From: Gnetum montanum
Taxonomy: Eukaryota > Plantae > Gnetophyta
Assembly (NCBI GenBank): GCA_015680685.1
Contig: MNCI01001451.1
Location: 180,864-244,863, forward strand
Direction: 5' to 3'
DNA length: 64,000 nt
The notes beneath the pieces were generated by a model. The model had not been told where the DNA came from and did no database searches. It was given only the letters and a program-made list of their open reading frames with translations. This document shows, one piece after another, positions 63,841 through 64,000 of the stretch; position 1 is the stretch's first letter, and each line of letters opens with the position of its first letter. Made by a program: the position numbers and the translations under genes.

Positions 63841-64000
63841 GCTTCTTCAATCTAGTTCAAAGGTGGAAATGTGATTTGAACTTTTTTTATCTTACAATTA
63901 GCTAATTCAAGGTTACCTAAGGCTCCAAGTAAGTGCAAAGATCAAGATATGTTAGTTTGGAGGTTATTTTTGGTTTTTAATGATTCATCCTTTCCTAACT

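Larger units (their letters stand above)
58450..64000 (-). mobile_element. Tat/Ogre-like Gypsy element: spacer array, RT, RH, archaeal-type RH (aRH) and IN; 5' part beyond the window
   Basis: 61900-64000 is homologous to ~28700-30800. Pol domains as listed in the next feature. Confidence 0.88.

Overview
AT-rich, strongly CpG-depleted land-plant nuclear DNA made almost entirely of nested, degenerate retroelements. No intact protein-coding gene is visible. From left to right: (1) a 3' LTR end, an Athila-like Gypsy derivative (-) with gag-protease plus a long accessory coiled-coil ORF but no RT/RH/IN, a LINE block (RTE-X/CR1-type ORF1 remnant abutting an L1-clade ORF2), and a related Athila-like copy (+) with full gag-pol and 3' LTR that abuts an older Gypsy integrase fragment; (2) RLK-kinase and U-box/ARM pseudogene fragments and a small-LTR family (3 copies); (3) a Tat/Ogre-like Gypsy (-) with gag-PR, then a ~3.4 kb non-coding spacer carrying a ~192-bp-phased palindromic repeat array, with RT-RH-IN deleted; (4) a repeat containing a 5S-rRNA-derived segment (2 copies) and an intronless CCR4 deadenylase pseudogene; (5) two assembly gaps within CpG-richer, probably younger sequence; (6) two head-to-head SIRE/Sirevirus-like Copia elements, one with pol but no capsid gag and one with gag plus an env-like ORF but no pol; (7) a second Tat/Ogre-like copy (-) with RT-RH-aRH-IN preceded by the same palindrome array. 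RT and LINE motifs look more gymnosperm/fern-like than angiosperm-like (inference). All alignments were done by eye, so boundaries are approximate unless terminal motifs or TSDs are cited.
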